64,000 nucleotides of DNA from an uncultured Gammaproteobacteria bacterium (GCA_964405655.1 CAYOOO010000001.1:89083-153082); one strand, 5' to 3'. Numbered from the stretch's first letter, positions 1 to 10,711 are shown. Numbers and translations are program-made. Notes: generated from the letters alone by a model not told the origin.

Positions 1-1
1 A

Positions 2-447
2 TCTTTTTTTCAGATAGATTTAAATAATCTTGCCAATGAGCAAGTTTTTCTGACCGATGAAGATGGCATCCTATTTAAAACGATACCTTCTAAAAATCAG
101 TTACTGCCAGAGATATTTTTAATTAATAAAGATTTTAAATTAGGAGATAAAATTGGAGACGGATATATAAAAAAAACTCTAGAGATAATCCAAAAATTAA
201 ATCAACTTTCTACTGATATTAAAACTATTAAAATTATCGAAAAGAGATTAGAAATAGAGGCTGAAGAGCAGATAATTTTCTCTTTGGAAAAAGATTACTT
301 GGAACAACTCGCCTCTTTACAACTAATCTTACAAAAGGCTAAAATGAATTCAGGCGATTCTGGTAAAGAAAAAGATCTAAAAATAATCGAAATGGTAGAT
401 TTAAGATTTGAGAAGCCGGTTGTTAGATATCTAAAAAGAAAAAGTTA
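2..447 (+). CDS. 3' portion of a cell-division protein, probably FtsQ/DivIB-like. The ORF is open to the window edge, so it is partial.
   Basis: Frame 2 reads through from nt 2 to a stop at 445-447 (…IIEMVDLRFEKPVVRYLKRKS*). Its position immediately upstream of ftsA-ftsZ fits ftsQ. The C-terminal 'vDLRy…pvV' resembles the FtsQ C-terminus. Confidence 0.35.
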
Positions 448-565
448 GGATGAATCTACTAAAATTCAATTTATTAAAACATCGTTACATACAGGGCAAT
501 TTTCATCCTGAAGAGCGGGTAATGTAACGAAAATTTTTGAGATCGTTAATGTTTAAGTAAAAATT

Positions 566-574
566 TGATAGAAT
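566..574 (+). promoter_or_regulatory. Extended -10 element (TGaTAGAAT) 12 nt upstream of the ftsA ATG, with no SD. Likely a leaderless or near-leaderless promoter.
   Basis: tgatagaat lies at 566-574 and the ATG at 587. The same tttgatagaatt motif recurs upstream of ileS. Confidence 0.4.
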
Positions 575-586
575 TGCCCAAAAAAG

Positions 587-1879
587 ATGGCTAAGGATAA
601 AGTTATATGTGGTATTGATGTTGGGTCCTCTAAGGTAGCTACCCTAATTGCTACAGTCTCAGATGATAATCGTCTTAATTTAATTGGTGTTGCCGCTACT
701 ACTTCCCGAGGTGTCAAAAAAGGACAAATAGTTGATATTGAGGCGGCGGTTGAAGCTATTAATGAAAGTGTTGAAAGCGCTGAAAGAATGGCTGGTTATT
801 CTATTTCCTCAGCCTATGTTTCAATGGGTGGGCCGCAAATTGAAAGTTTAAACCAGCATGCTGTTGTAGCAGTTGCTCAGCCAGAAGGCGAGATAAAACA
901 AAATGATATCTTGAGGGTTAATGAGGCTGCCCGGGCGATTGCTCTACCGGCATCAAGAGAGATTCTTCATGTTATTCCTCGTACCTATACTGTAGATGGC
1001 CAAGAGGGTATTAATGATCCAATTGGTATGACTGGAGTCAGACTTGAAACAGATACCCATATCATCACTGGCTCGACAACCTCAATGAAAAACCTGGCAA
1101 AATGTGTTGGGATGGTAAGTGTGGAGGTAGAGGAGCTAGTCTTTTCCGGAATTGCCTCATCCAGTGCGGTACTGACTGAAACTGAAAAAGAGTTGGGAGT
1201 AATTTTGGTTGATATTGGTGGAGAAACTACTGATGTGGTTATCTTTGTTGATGGAGCAATAGCTTATTCTGCAGTTATACCATTAGGCGGCAGACACGTT
1301 ACCTCAGACATTGCTGTTGGATTAAGAATCTCTTTAGAGTCTGCTGAGAAGATTAAACAGGCTTTGGGTAAAATTCAAAAAGTACCTGCAACTCCGGAAG
1401 AGAATGGGGAAAAGGGTGCCAAGAAGAAGGAGGAGGATATACTAGATCTTAGACAAATGGGGGTCTTAGAAGATATTCAAAACCAAAAGATGTCCAGAAA
1501 AACAGTTATTGACAGTATTATTAGGCCAAGATTGCAGGAAATATTTAAATTTATTGGTAAAGAGATTAAGAAGAGTGGATACGGAGCTCAGACACCCTCA
1601 GGTTTGGTTATCACTGGTGGAGGAGCTTTAACGATTAGTGTAATAGATCAGGCAAAATATGTACTGGGTTTTCCTGCAAGACTGGGTGAAATACAGGGCT
1701 TTGTTGGTTTGACCGACGAGATTGATTCTCCTGCTTTTGCTACAGCTGCTGGTTTAGTACTCTATGGTAGTAAGAATGTTTCTTCATCAGAAATGAACAT
1801 TCCGGTCTTAGGAAAGGGTTTACCTTTAAAGGCTGTCACGCAGAAGGTTACCGACTTAATCAAGTCATTTTTGCCCTAA
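587..1879 (+). CDS. ftsA: Cell division protein FtsA (actin-like ATPase)
   Basis: 430 aa with the N-terminal motif ICGIDVGSSKV. It has an actin/Hsp70-fold signature and sits immediately upstream of ftsZ. Confidence 0.9.
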   Translation: MAKDKVICGIDVGSSKVATLIATVSDDNRLNLIGVAATTSRGVKKGQIVDIEAAVEAINESVESAERMAGYSISSAYVSMGGPQIESLNQHAVVAVAQPEGEIKQNDILRVNEAARAIALPASREILHVIPRTYTVDGQEGINDPIGMTGVRLETDTHIITGSTTSMKNLAKCVGMVSVEVEELVFSGIASSSAVLTETEKELGVILVDIGGETTDVVIFVDGAIAYSAVIPLGGRHVTSDIAVGLRISLESAEKIKQALGKIQKVPATPEENGEKGAKKKEEDILDLRQMGVLEDIQNQKMSRKTVIDSIIRPRLQEIFKFIGKEIKKSGYGAQTPSGLVITGGGALTISVIDQAKYVLGFPARLGEIQGFVGLTDEIDSPAFATAAGLVLYGSKNVSSSEMNIPVLGKGLPLKAVTQKVTDLIKSFLP

Positions 1880-1956
1880 TTCGAATCTAGCTTAATACTC
1901 GACAAACTTATTATAAGTTGTTACAATCTGCCAAAGTAGACTCTTGATTTAAGACT

Positions 1957-3141
1957 ATGCTCATCAAACCAGACGTTCAGAGATTCGCCAAGATTAAAGT
2001 AGTAGGTTTAGGTGGTGGGGGATCGAACGCTTTAAACTCAATGATTACTCTCCAGCAGATTCAAGGTGTAGAATTTATTGCTGTCAATACCGATGCTCAG
2101 GCACTTTTAGGAAATCAATCTCCGACTAAAGTTCAAATTGGTGAGAATCTAACTAGGGGTTTAGGCTCAGGCGGTGACCCTGAAGTTGGCAGACAAGCTG
2201 CTGAAGAGTCTACTCAAAAGTTACAAGATGTTTTAGCGGACGCTGATATGGTTTTTCTAACAGCAGGTATGGGTGGTGGTACAGGGACAGGTGCAGTTCC
2301 GACTGCAGCCAATATAGCCAAGCAGCTGGGAGCTCTGACTGTGGCAGTGGTGACTAAGCCATTTGCTTTTGAAGGAAGCCGGAGAATGGTGGTAGCAGAG
2401 GATGGAATTGAAAACTTAAAAGATAAAGTCGATGCACTAATTGTTATTCCAAATCAAAGGCTCCTTGAGGTAGTAGATAAAAATATGACCTTACAAGAAG
2501 CTTTCAAGCTAGCAGACTCAGTCTTAGGTCAAGGAGTTCAAGGAATCTCAGATTTAATTACCATGCCTGGGCTTATTAATGTTGACTTCGCTGATGTTAG
2601 AGCAATTATGACCAATGCTGGATCAGCTTTAATGGGGATTGGGCAGGCTGGAGGTGAAAACCGTGCCTCAACTGCTGCCAGAATGGCTATTGCCTCACCT
2701 CTGCTTGAGGTTTCAATTGAAGGGGCTAAAGGAGTTCTTTTCAATATTGTAGGAGGCCCGGATTTATCTATGAATGAGGTAAATGAGGCTGCTCAAATTA
2801 TTGCTCAGGCAGCAGAGCCAGATGCTAATATTATCTTTGGTGCAACCATCAAGGATGATCTTGTGGATATGGTTAAAGTCTCGGTAATTGCTACTGGTTT
2901 TGACGAAGGCAGAGAGAGGCTGAGAGACTATGCTGGAGTTGGTAGAATAGGAACACTTGGTGCAATAGGTCCCAATATGATAAGTACTTCTAATTTTGCT
3001 CAAATGCCACAGGATGATACTTCGTCTCAACCCCAACAGACTACTGCCTCAGACGATCAACAGCCAGAGAAAAAAGAAGTAGAAGAGCCAGAGATTGAGG
3101 ATGATTTAGAAATCCCCGCTTTCCTAAGACAGAATCGCTAA
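1957..3141 (+). CDS. ftsZ: Cell division GTPase FtsZ
   Basis: Tubulin signature GGGTGTG/GGGGSNA is present, and an acidic C-terminal tail with a conserved terminal peptide (DLEIPAFLR). Confidence 0.95.
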   Translation: MLIKPDVQRFAKIKVVGLGGGGSNALNSMITLQQIQGVEFIAVNTDAQALLGNQSPTKVQIGENLTRGLGSGGDPEVGRQAAEESTQKLQDVLADADMVFLTAGMGGGTGTGAVPTAANIAKQLGALTVAVVTKPFAFEGSRRMVVAEDGIENLKDKVDALIVIPNQRLLEVVDKNMTLQEAFKLADSVLGQGVQGISDLITMPGLINVDFADVRAIMTNAGSALMGIGQAGGENRASTAARMAIASPLLEVSIEGAKGVLFNIVGGPDLSMNEVNEAAQIIAQAAEPDANIIFGATIKDDLVDMVKVSVIATGFDEGRERLRDYAGVGRIGTLGAIGPNMISTSNFAQMPQDDTSSQPQQTTASDDQQPEKKEVEEPEIEDDLEIPAFLRQNR

Positions 3142-3188
3142 ATTTTAGACAAAACCTCAAAAAAATTGTAGTTTAAGTTTGAAATTTT

Positions 3189-3197
3189 TGATAGAAT
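3189..3197 (+). promoter_or_regulatory. Extended -10 (TGaTAGAAT) 10 nt upstream of the ileS ATG
   Basis: tttttgatagaatt lies at 3185-3198. The motif is identical to the ftsA upstream element, and there is no SD. Confidence 0.4.
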
Positions 3198-3207
3198 TAT
3201 CCACAGT

Positions 3208-6033
3208 ATGTTCAAAAGTGTCTCATCACAAATCAACTTTGCAGAGCTTGAGGAGAAAATTCTTAAATTCTGGAAAGAAAAAAAGATTTTCGAAAAGTCT
3301 GTAGAGACACGACCTGCGGATAAAAAATGGACCTTTTTAGATGGACCACCCTTCATTACCGGTAATCCTCACTATGGCACGCTTTTATCGAGCATTCCTA
3401 AGGATATTTTTGGCAGATATTGGACTATGAAAGGATATAGGGTTAGACGTGTTTGGGGCTGGGATGGACACGGTTTACCGATTGAGAATAAGGTTGAAAA
3501 AGAACTAGATATAAAACGCAAAAAGGATATAGAAGAAAAAGTTGGTGTTAAAAAGTTTATTAGAAAATGTTTAGAGTATGTTAATGAAGTATCTGCAGAG
3601 TGGGAATGGTACGTTATGCATATCGGCAGATGGGTAGATTTTAAAAATGCTTATAAAACCTGGGACCTGCCTTATATGGAGACTGTCATGTGGGTTTTTA
3701 AGAAGATGTATGAGAAAGGCTATATCTACAAAGGTCTTCGGGTTTCACTATTTTGTCCTCACTGCTCAACTCCTATCTCAAACTTTGAGGTGGCAATGGA
3801 CCCTGATAACTATAAAAATGTAACAGAGCCTGCTAATTTTTATAAATATCCTCTTAAAGGAGAGAAGGATACGTTTGTTCTGGCTTGGTCAACAACTCCC
3901 TGGAATAAGATAGTTACACCTGCGCTGGCAGTTAATCCAAAGTTAAATTACGTAAAAGTAAAACAAGGCGAAGAGTATTACGTTTTGGCTAAATCAACTC
4001 TGAAAATACTCAAAGATAAACCTAATTATGAGATAGTTGAAGAGTTTTTGGGATCAAAATTGGTTGGTAAGAAATTTGAACCGCACTACAATTTCTACCA
4101 AATTGAGGAAGGAAAGAAAGCTTTTGAAATTATTTCAGGCGATTTTGTGACTGCAGAGGAGGGAACAGGGGTAGTAACTATCGCAGCCTATGGAGAAGAG
4201 GACTTAGATGTTATCCAAAAAATAAATATTCAAATAGTGCTGCATTTGGATGATGAAGGAATAATCAAAGAAGATGTCCCAAAATTTGGCGGTATGTATT
4301 ATCTTGATGCAAATGAGGCAGTTAACAAGGATCTTTCCCAGAGGGGTCTTTTATATAATGAACAACCACTGACACATTCGGTTCCTCATTGTTGGAGATG
4401 TGGTACCAGACTCTTTTATGCTCCAAAAGATGCTTGGTTTGTAGATATTCAAAAACTCAAACCACAGCTTTTTAAAAACAATGATCCTATTAATTGGTTC
4501 CCAAAGCATTTTCAATATGGCAGATTCAAAAAAAGTATGGAGGCTGCCCCTGACTGGAATATCTCCAGAAATAGATATTGGGGGTCTCCTGTACCAGTTT
4601 GGGAATGTGAATGCGGAGAACGAATAGTTCCAGGTTCAATTTCTGAGTTAGAAGAACTGTCAGGTGAAAAAATTACAAACTTACACAAGCCAGGAATTGA
4701 TGATGTAACTTTGACTTGTCCAAAATGCGCCAAGTCAGTTAAGCGAGTTCCAGAAGTTTTAGATTCTTGGATAGAGGCAGGTTCTGCTTCATTTGGAGAG
4801 AGACACTTTCCATTTAATAAAGAGTTTGAGCTAGAAGATTTTTTTCCTCCTGATTTTATTGCAGAATATACTGGTCAGATTAGAGCTTGGTTTTATGTCT
4901 TACATGTGATTGGAACTGCCCTTTATGACTCACCGGCCTTTAAAAATGCATTAGTGACCGGTGTCTTGCTTGGTACTGACGGTAGGAAAATGAGTAAAAA
5001 CTATGGCAATTTTCCAGATCCTAAAAAGGTTATGCAAAAATATGGCGGAGATGCGCTAAGAATCTATTTGATGGGTTCACCTTTAATGAAAGGTGAAGAT
5101 GTTAATTTTTCTAACGATGGAGTTCCGGAAGTTACAAAAGGATTTTTACTGATTCTATGGAACTCCTATAAATTTTTTGTTGATTATGCCAGTATCTTTA
5201 ATTGGTCTGTTCCAAAACAATCCATATTTGAAAATAATCAGAAACTATCAATTCTAGACAAATGGATTTTAGCTAGGATGACTGAACTGACTATCGATCT
5301 GCAAAGTTCTTACGATAAGTTTGATACTGTAACCATTACCAAACTTCTGAGAGATTTTATTGTTAATGACTTCTCGACTTGGTATATTAGAAGATCTAGA
5401 GATCGAGTGAGTAATAATAGTAATCAATCAGACAGGCAGAACTGCTTATCCGTTATTTATTATGTCTTGGCTAACTACTCTAAGTTACTTGCACCACTTG
5501 CTCCATTTATTTCAGAGGAGATCTGGAAAAATTTAACATCAAAAGAATCAGTTCACCTTGAGAATTTTCCAGTTGCTGATAAAGAGTTGTTAAATAATAC
5601 CTTTATAAAGGATATGAAGACAGTTAGGGAGATAGTAGAAAGGGGTCATGCTAAGAGGAAAGATGCTGAGATTAAATTAAGGCAACCTCTAAGCAAAATT
5701 ACTTATTCAACAGCTAAACAGTTATCAGAAGAAACGGAAAAAATTGTTGCTGAAGAGTTAAATGTTAAAAAAATTGAATACAAAAAAACCTCAAGAAAAA
5801 AATTAGAAGTTGAATTGGATATAAAAATTACTCCACAATTAAAAAAAGAGGGAGAAGCTAGAGACTTAATTAGACAGATTCAGCAACTAAGAAAAGATTC
5901 AGGCATGACTCTAAAAGATAAGGTAGCTGTTAGAGCTCCGGATTGGCCAAAAGAATTCGAAAAAATGATTCTTGAGTTAACTGCTTCGGTTAGTATAAAA
6001 AAATCTAACAGACTAGAAATCGAAAAGGTTTAA
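3208..6033 (+). CDS. ileS: Isoleucyl-tRNA synthetase (class I aaRS, eukaryote/archaeal-like type 2 form)
   Basis: 941 aa. It has a HIGH-region variant (PHYGT), GWDGHGLPIE and KMSKN motifs, and a CP1 editing-domain insertion. The architecture is typical of IleRS. Confidence 0.8.
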   Translation: MFKSVSSQINFAELEEKILKFWKEKKIFEKSVETRPADKKWTFLDGPPFITGNPHYGTLLSSIPKDIFGRYWTMKGYRVRRVWGWDGHGLPIENKVEKELDIKRKKDIEEKVGVKKFIRKCLEYVNEVSAEWEWYVMHIGRWVDFKNAYKTWDLPYMETVMWVFKKMYEKGYIYKGLRVSLFCPHCSTPISNFEVAMDPDNYKNVTEPANFYKYPLKGEKDTFVLAWSTTPWNKIVTPALAVNPKLNYVKVKQGEEYYVLAKSTLKILKDKPNYEIVEEFLGSKLVGKKFEPHYNFYQIEEGKKAFEIISGDFVTAEEGTGVVTIAAYGEEDLDVIQKINIQIVLHLDDEGIIKEDVPKFGGMYYLDANEAVNKDLSQRGLLYNEQPLTHSVPHCWRCGTRLFYAPKDAWFVDIQKLKPQLFKNNDPINWFPKHFQYGRFKKSMEAAPDWNISRNRYWGSPVPVWECECGERIVPGSISELEELSGEKITNLHKPGIDDVTLTCPKCAKSVKRVPEVLDSWIEAGSASFGERHFPFNKEFELEDFFPPDFIAEYTGQIRAWFYVLHVIGTALYDSPAFKNALVTGVLLGTDGRKMSKNYGNFPDPKKVMQKYGGDALRIYLMGSPLMKGEDVNFSNDGVPEVTKGFLLILWNSYKFFVDYASIFNWSVPKQSIFENNQKLSILDKWILARMTELTIDLQSSYDKFDTVTITKLLRDFIVNDFSTWYIRRSRDRVSNNSNQSDRQNCLSVIYYVLANYSKLLAPLAPFISEEIWKNLTSKESVHLENFPVADKELLNNTFIKDMKTVREIVERGHAKRKDAEIKLRQPLSKITYSTAKQLSEETEKIVAEELNVKKIEYKKTSRKKLEVELDIKITPQLKKEGEARDLIRQIQQLRKDSGMTLKDKVAVRAPDWPKEFEKMILELTASVSIKKSNRLEIEKV

Positions 6034-7085
6034 TGATAATTCCTGTCTTGCTACTTCTGTCATTGGGTATTGTTGTCATCTATACTTCAAATCCTCTGCT
6101 TGCTATCCAGCAGCTTTTTTTTGCTATATTTGGACTAATTCTCTATGTAATCATTCGTAACCTAGATTACAAATCGTTAAAAAATGCTGCTAAAAGCTTC
6201 TATATAGGAATTGTTATTCTTTTGATTATCACAATGATATTGGGTTTTGAGAGTAGGGGTTCAATTCGTTGGATCCCCCTAGGCTTATTTAACTTGCAGC
6301 CTTCAGAGTTTGCTAAACCGATTTTAATTTTACTACTAGCAACATTTTGGACTAAGAATTTGCCCAATTGGAAAAACATCTTTAAAAGTATTCTTTTGAT
6401 TATTCCAGCGATCTTCTTAGTTTTTAGACAGCCCGATCTGGGTACAACTTTAACTCTGGTATTTATTTGGTTAAGTATTTTTATAGCCTCAAATGCTTCT
6501 TTTAAAAAGATCGTGATTATTACACTAACTCTTCTTCTGTTACTACCTCTTATTTGGTCTGGTTTACAACCATATCAAAAGCAGAGAATTATCAGCTTTT
6601 TATCTCCAAATCAAGATCCTCAAGGAATCGGTTTCCATGTCATTCAATCAACAATAGCAGTCGGTTCTGGCGAGCTTTTGGGTCGAGGATTGGGAAGAGG
6701 AACACAATCAAGACTTCAATTTTTGCCAGAATTCAGAACAGACTTCATTTTTGCTTTTATTGCCGAAGAGTTAGGTTTTTTGGGTTCTGCGATTGTTTTA
6801 GGTTTATATACAATAATTTTCGTCTTAATTTTTAATATCCTTTCAAGGATCGGTGATAGGTTAGGAGAGCTGATTGTTTTTGGTGTATTAGGAATGCTCT
6901 TTTTTCAGATTTCAGTTAATATAGGTATGAATATAGGTTTGCTGCCGATTACCGGCATTACCCTTCCTTTTTTATCATATGGAGGCAGTTCGCTTGTGGC
7001 TACACTAATCTCAATTGGCCTTATTGAATCAGTATCTAAGTATGGGTTAAAAAAAAGAGAGATAAAAAGCTTCAATCTGGCTTAA
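6033..7085 (+). CDS. SEDS-family peptidoglycan glycosyltransferase (FtsW/RodA)
   Basis: 350 aa and polytopic. It has the conserved SEFAK…RQPDLGTT…PEFRTDFIFAFIAEELGF motifs of FtsW/RodA. Confidence 0.8.
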   Translation: MIIPVLLLLSLGIVVIYTSNPLLAIQQLFFAIFGLILYVIIRNLDYKSLKNAAKSFYIGIVILLIITMILGFESRGSIRWIPLGLFNLQPSEFAKPILILLLATFWTKNLPNWKNIFKSILLIIPAIFLVFRQPDLGTTLTLVFIWLSIFIASNASFKKIVIITLTLLLLLPLIWSGLQPYQKQRIISFLSPNQDPQGIGFHVIQSTIAVGSGELLGRGLGRGTQSRLQFLPEFRTDFIFAFIAEELGFLGSAIVLGLYTIIFVLIFNILSRIGDRLGELIVFGVLGMLFFQISVNIGMNIGLLPITGITLPFLSYGGSSLVATLISIGLIESVSKYGLKKREIKSFNLA

Positions 7086-7132
7086 CTTAAGACTTTAAAT
7101 AAGACAGACTGTTGCAAGTTTAAAATATAAAA

Positions 7133-7140
7133 TGTAGAAT
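7133..7140 (+). promoter_or_regulatory. Extended -10 (TGTAGAAT) 8 nt upstream of the rplU ATG, consistent with a leaderless transcript
   Basis: aatgtagaat at 7131-7140 is followed by ctgaaact and then the ATG at 7149. Confidence 0.4.
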
Positions 7141-7148
7141 CTGAAACT

Positions 7149-7478
7149 ATGTTTAAGTATGCAGTTGTAGAAATAGCTGGGAAACAATATAAAATACTAC
7201 CTGAAAAGATTTTGCTTGTCGACTATTTAGGAGAAATTAATACTTATGAGTGTCCTAAGGTGTTGATAAAAGCAGAGGATGATAAGGTTGTTTTAGGAAA
7301 CCCTTATATAGAAAAAGAAAAAGTGGTTTTTGATGTTCTGTCAAAACAGAGGCAACCAAAAGTTAGAGTAGCTACCTATCACGCCAAGGCTAATACTAGG
7401 AGAGTGGTAGGTTCAAAAAAAATAATGAGTCAAATAAAACTGCAGGATAAAAACAAACCTCAAAAGCGTGAAAAGTGA
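7149..7478 (+). CDS. rplU: 50S ribosomal protein bL21
   Basis: 109 aa with the MFKYAVVEIAGKQYKI N-terminus typical of L21. It is followed by bL27. Confidence 0.9.
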   Translation: MFKYAVVEIAGKQYKILPEKILLVDYLGEINTYECPKVLIKAEDDKVVLGNPYIEKEKVVFDVLSKQRQPKVRVATYHAKANTRRVVGSKKIMSQIKLQDKNKPQKREK

Positions 7479-7536
7479 TCTCGTTTGATAGGATTGACTT
7501 TGGTTTTCACAGACTGTATATTACACACTAACTACT

Positions 7537-7785
7537 ATGGCACATAAAAAAGCTGGATCAACAGCCAAGACAAATCGGGACTCAATCTCTAAGAGATTAG
7601 GGGTAAAAAAATATGCTGGGGAAAAAGTTATTCCTGGTAATATTATTGTACGCCAAAAAGGAAATAAGTTTTACCCAGGGAGTGGAACCAGGATAGGTAA
7701 TGACTTTACGATTTATGCAACAGATGAGGGAAAAGTTGAATTCAAAAAGCGACAAGGCAAAAAAATAATTAATATCGCCGGCTAG
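7537..7785 (+). CDS. rpmA: 50S ribosomal protein bL27
   Basis: 82 aa with the MAHKKAGSTAKTNRDS…RLGVK signature of L27. Confidence 0.9.
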   Translation: MAHKKAGSTAKTNRDSISKRLGVKKYAGEKVIPGNIIVRQKGNKFYPGSGTRIGNDFTIYATDEGKVEFKKRQGKKIINIAG

Positions 7786-7789
7786 AATA

Positions 7790-8662
7790 TTGACTGGTCA
7801 ACTAATGGACAATTCAGAGGAAAGTATATTTGAGCTAGAAATTAATCTCTTACAGGCAAACCCTCTTCAACCTCGAGGATTGATCACACCTGAATCCTTA
7901 GCAGAGCTAGCTGAATCAATTCGTGAACACGGCATACTAGAACCTATAGTGGTAGCCAAAACTCCTGCAGGTTTTCAAATTATAGCTGGTGAAAGACGTT
8001 GGCGAGCTGCCAGATTAATTGGCTTAGAGAAAATTCCAGTGATAATCCGAGAGACAACGCCTCAGGGGATGTTAGAGATGGCAATTGTAGAGAATGTTCA
8101 GAGGATTGATTTAAATCCTTTGGAAAGAGCTCAAGCGTATAAAAGGTTAATGGATGAATTTAATCTAACAAATGCTGAGATTTCTCAAAGAGTCTCCAAA
8201 AGCCCCTCTTATATCTCAAATACTATTAGACTGCTGACTTTGCCAGATGCACTGAAAGATGCTTTGATGTCTGGTCAAACAACTGAAGGTCACGTTCGAG
8301 CTTTATCCGCTTTGGAGGATCCTCACTTAATAATTGAGGCCTATAAAGAGGTTTTAAGAAAGAATTTGTCAGTTAGAGGTACAGAAGAGTTAGTTAGAAG
8401 GATGCGATCTCATCATGGTATTGGACCTAAAAAAGGTGCTGATCAGTCAAAGATGAAGATAGTTAATGAAGAAATTGAGAGAATTCAAGAAGGTTTACAA
8501 CAGACTTTAACTTTTGGCGAAAATGAACCAAACACCAGAATCAAATATGATCAGACAGGCAAGACGGCAGAACTTAGAATACGTTTCGAAGGTACTCCAG
8601 ATCAAACCAGCCCGCTGATGCAAAGAATCTACGATGCAATCAGAAGCTATTTTAGCTCATAG
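7790..8662 (+). CDS. parB: ParB/Spo0J-like partition protein
   Basis: It has a ParB N-terminal domain (GILEPIVV…GERRWRAARLIG) and an HTH. No parA is adjacent in this window. Confidence 0.8.
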   Translation: MTGQLMDNSEESIFELEINLLQANPLQPRGLITPESLAELAESIREHGILEPIVVAKTPAGFQIIAGERRWRAARLIGLEKIPVIIRETTPQGMLEMAIVENVQRIDLNPLERAQAYKRLMDEFNLTNAEISQRVSKSPSYISNTIRLLTLPDALKDALMSGQTTEGHVRALSALEDPHLIIEAYKEVLRKNLSVRGTEELVRRMRSHHGIGPKKGADQSKMKIVNEEIERIQEGLQQTLTFGENEPNTRIKYDQTGKTAELRIRFEGTPDQTSPLMQRIYDAIRSYFSS

Positions 8663-8667
8663 CAGGT

Positions 8668-9264
8668 TCACTTCTGATTGTAATAAGCTGGGTAAAAACC
8701 AACAGCACCTTTTGGCCAATATCTTAAAAATACTTTTCCTATAATTACTTGTTTATTGATTGGTCCCCATTCTCTCGAATCTTGAGAACGAATCCGATTG
8801 TCTCCTAAAACAAAATATTGATCTTCTCCAATTTTGATCTCTTCTCCTTCTTGTAAAAACGCTTCACCCTCAGTTACCATATCTGTCGATAAATATGGCT
8901 CGTTAAGCTTCTGGCCATTGATAAAGATGCTGCCATTTTCCAACTTAATAGTTTCTGAAGGCAAGCCAATAATTCTTTTAATAAAGTCTTGACTATCGTC
9001 TCGGGGGTTTTTAAAAACGACAATGTCTCCTCTTTTTGGTTGACCAAGACGGTAAGTTAATTTATCTGTGATAATATAATCCCCATCATGATAGTTAGGG
9101 AACATTGAATAACCGGACACTTTATGTGGCTGAGCAATAAATAAGTAGATAATTGTAGTAATGGCAGCAAAAACAACCACTGTTTGGATAAAATCAACTA
9201 TATGTGTTCCAAACGTTGGTTTGGATTGTTGATCATGGTTTTCTTTGAGGTAATCAGGTTCCAT
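8668..9264 (-). CDS. lepB: Signal peptidase I
   Basis: It has an N-terminal TM segment, the S26 catalytic boxes GYSMFPN (Ser) and KRIIGLPSE (Lys), and GDNRIRSQDSREWGPI. Confidence 0.85.
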   Translation of the reverse strand: MEPDYLKENHDQQSKPTFGTHIVDFIQTVVVFAAITTIIYLFIAQPHKVSGYSMFPNYHDGDYIITDKLTYRLGQPKRGDIVVFKNPRDDSQDFIKRIIGLPSETIKLENGSIFINGQKLNEPYLSTDMVTEGEAFLQEGEEIKIGEDQYFVLGDNRIRSQDSREWGPINKQVIIGKVFLRYWPKGAVGFYPAYYNQK

Positions 9265-9337
9265 GGTTTCATATTATCTCAAACAAGATGTGAATGGCGC
9301 AAGTTGGAATTAGGAAGTGCATGACCGGTTTATAGGT

Positions 9338-9346
9338 GGTAAAATT
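9338..9346 (+). promoter_or_regulatory. Extended -10 (TGgTAAAAT) 12 nt upstream of tRNA-Val
   Basis: gtggtaaaat at 9337-9346. The tRNA 5' end is at 9359. Confidence 0.35.
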
Positions 9347-9358
9347 GGCAAGGCTTAG

Positions 9359-9432
9359 GGACAAGTAGCTCAGTTGGTTAGAGCGTTCGCTTCACATGCG
9401 AAAGGTCACAGGTTCGAGTCCTGTCTTGTCCA
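9359..9432 (+). tRNA. tRNA-Val (anticodon CAC)
   Basis: Manual cloverleaf: acceptor GGACAAG/CTTGTCC, D-arm GCTC…GAGC, anticodon stem TTCGC/GCGAA with loop TTCACAT, T-arm ACAGG-TTCGAGT-CCTGT. CCA is not encoded. Confidence 0.85.
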
Positions 9433-9475
9433 CTAATGTTTAAAACATATCGACTTTTCTGTTAAAATTGGCTTT

Positions 9476-10711
9476 GTGAATTTTAAAATCTTAAAAAATT
9501 CCTCTTACTTACTTTTTGCACAGATTATTGTTAAAACAATAGCCTTTTTTTATACAATTTTCTTAGCCAGAAACCTAGGTGTGGAGAATTTCGGTTTATA
9601 CACTGTGGCTATGTCTTATTTCGTATTAATTTCTTCCTTTTCTGACTTTGGGATCTCACGATATTTAATCAAAGAAGTCGCAACTAATAAGTCTAATCTA
9701 TCACAGCTACTTTCGAATATTATTTTTTTACGTTTATCAAGTATTGTCATTATCTTCGGTGGTTTCGTATTGCTTTTTAGATTATTTGATCCAGATAGAA
9801 TGAGAGCAGTTCTAAGTTTAGTTGCTGTTATGTCAATCATCCCTCAAGCCATAGGTATAACCTTCGATAATATTTTTGTTGCAATTCAAAAAATATCTGT
9901 CTCAGCTTTAGCAATAATTTTTACTAGTGTAATTACTACATTTACAGGAGTTGTTTTTATTATTAGTGGATTGAGTACCTTAGGTGCAGTTTCTGCTGTA
10001 TTGATTGGACAAATTCTTTACGCAATTTTTCTGCTTATCTTTACAATAAAAGAGAATATTCAGTATCTCAGTCCACTCAGCATAAAGATAATTAAAGATA
10101 TATTAATAGGCTCCTTGCCCTATGGTTTTTTAAGTTTATTGGGATTACTCTATTTTAGAATCGATTCTCTCATACTCTCCTATATTAAAGGCCCTTTTGA
10201 TACGGGTATTTATGGTGTTGCTTACAAATTTCTAGAGGCTGTGGTAATTGTGCCAACTGCTGTTTCAATGGCTGTATTCCCGGTTTTAGTTAGGATGCAT
10301 CAATCTAGCAAAGGGAAAATTAGAAACTTTGCTCAAAGAATAATTATATATATGGGTTTTACAGGTGTAGTCGTAACAGTAGGATTTTTTTTCGTTTTAC
10401 CCAAATTTATTCAAGCGTTCTTACCTAATTTTTTTGCCTCAATTGAAACTATCCAGATATTATCTCTAGCAATTCCTTTTATTTTCGCTCATGTAACTTT
10501 ATCACAAGTAATGCTTTCAGCAGATAAATTTCTTAAGCCACTACTGTTTTTGTCAGTATCACCCCTCGCCTTAAATATCCTGTTAAATGTGTTGTTTATA
10601 CCTAGATATGGTTACATAGGTGCAGCTTGGATTACTGTTTTTTCAGATATATTCAGTTTATTTATTCTTTATTTAGTCGTTAGAAAATACCTTTTTAATC
10701 GTGCAAAATAA
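9476..10711 (+). CDS. Wzx-like polysaccharide flippase (MOP/MATE superfamily)
   Basis: 411 aa, about 12 TM helices, with the typical 'polysaccharide biosynthesis protein' topology. It is the first gene of a glycan-assembly operon. Confidence 0.7.
   Translation: MNFKILKNSSYLLFAQIIVKTIAFFYTIFLARNLGVENFGLYTVAMSYFVLISSFSDFGISRYLIKEVATNKSNLSQLLSNIIFLRLSSIVIIFGGFVLLFRLFDPDRMRAVLSLVAVMSIIPQAIGITFDNIFVAIQKISVSALAIIFTSVITTFTGVVFIISGLSTLGAVSAVLIGQILYAIFLLIFTIKENIQYLSPLSIKIIKDILIGSLPYGFLSLLGLLYFRIDSLILSYIKGPFDTGIYGVAYKFLEAVVIVPTAVSMAVFPVLVRMHQSSKGKIRNFAQRIIIYMGFTGVVVTVGFFFVLPKFIQAFLPNFFASIETIQILSLAIPFIFAHVTLSQVMLSADKFLKPLLFLSVSPLALNILLNVLFIPRYGYIGAAWITVFSDIFSLFILYLVVRKYLFNRAK

Noticed and set aside
2538-3356. 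Minus-strand ORFs of 68, 90 and 72 aa overlapping ftsZ and the ftsZ-ileS junction
   Set aside because: They lie antisense to strongly supported genes. They are low-complexity and have no start context, so they are typical shadow ORFs.
4512-4733. 73-aa minus ORF inside ileS, plus similar small antisense or overlapping ORFs at 6554-6835, 9616-9840, 12504-12689, 16093-16773, 18989-19246, 21277-21471, 22743-22943, 27104-27316, 31678-32198, 35405-35599, 42036-42242, 43070-43437, 43611-43967, 45812-46003, 46393-46578, 47960-48616, 52372-52554, 54597-54782, 56742-57218, 61499-61693 and 62456-62734
   Set aside because: All are embedded in or antisense to well-supported longer genes. None has a recognisable motif or an upstream promoter-like element.
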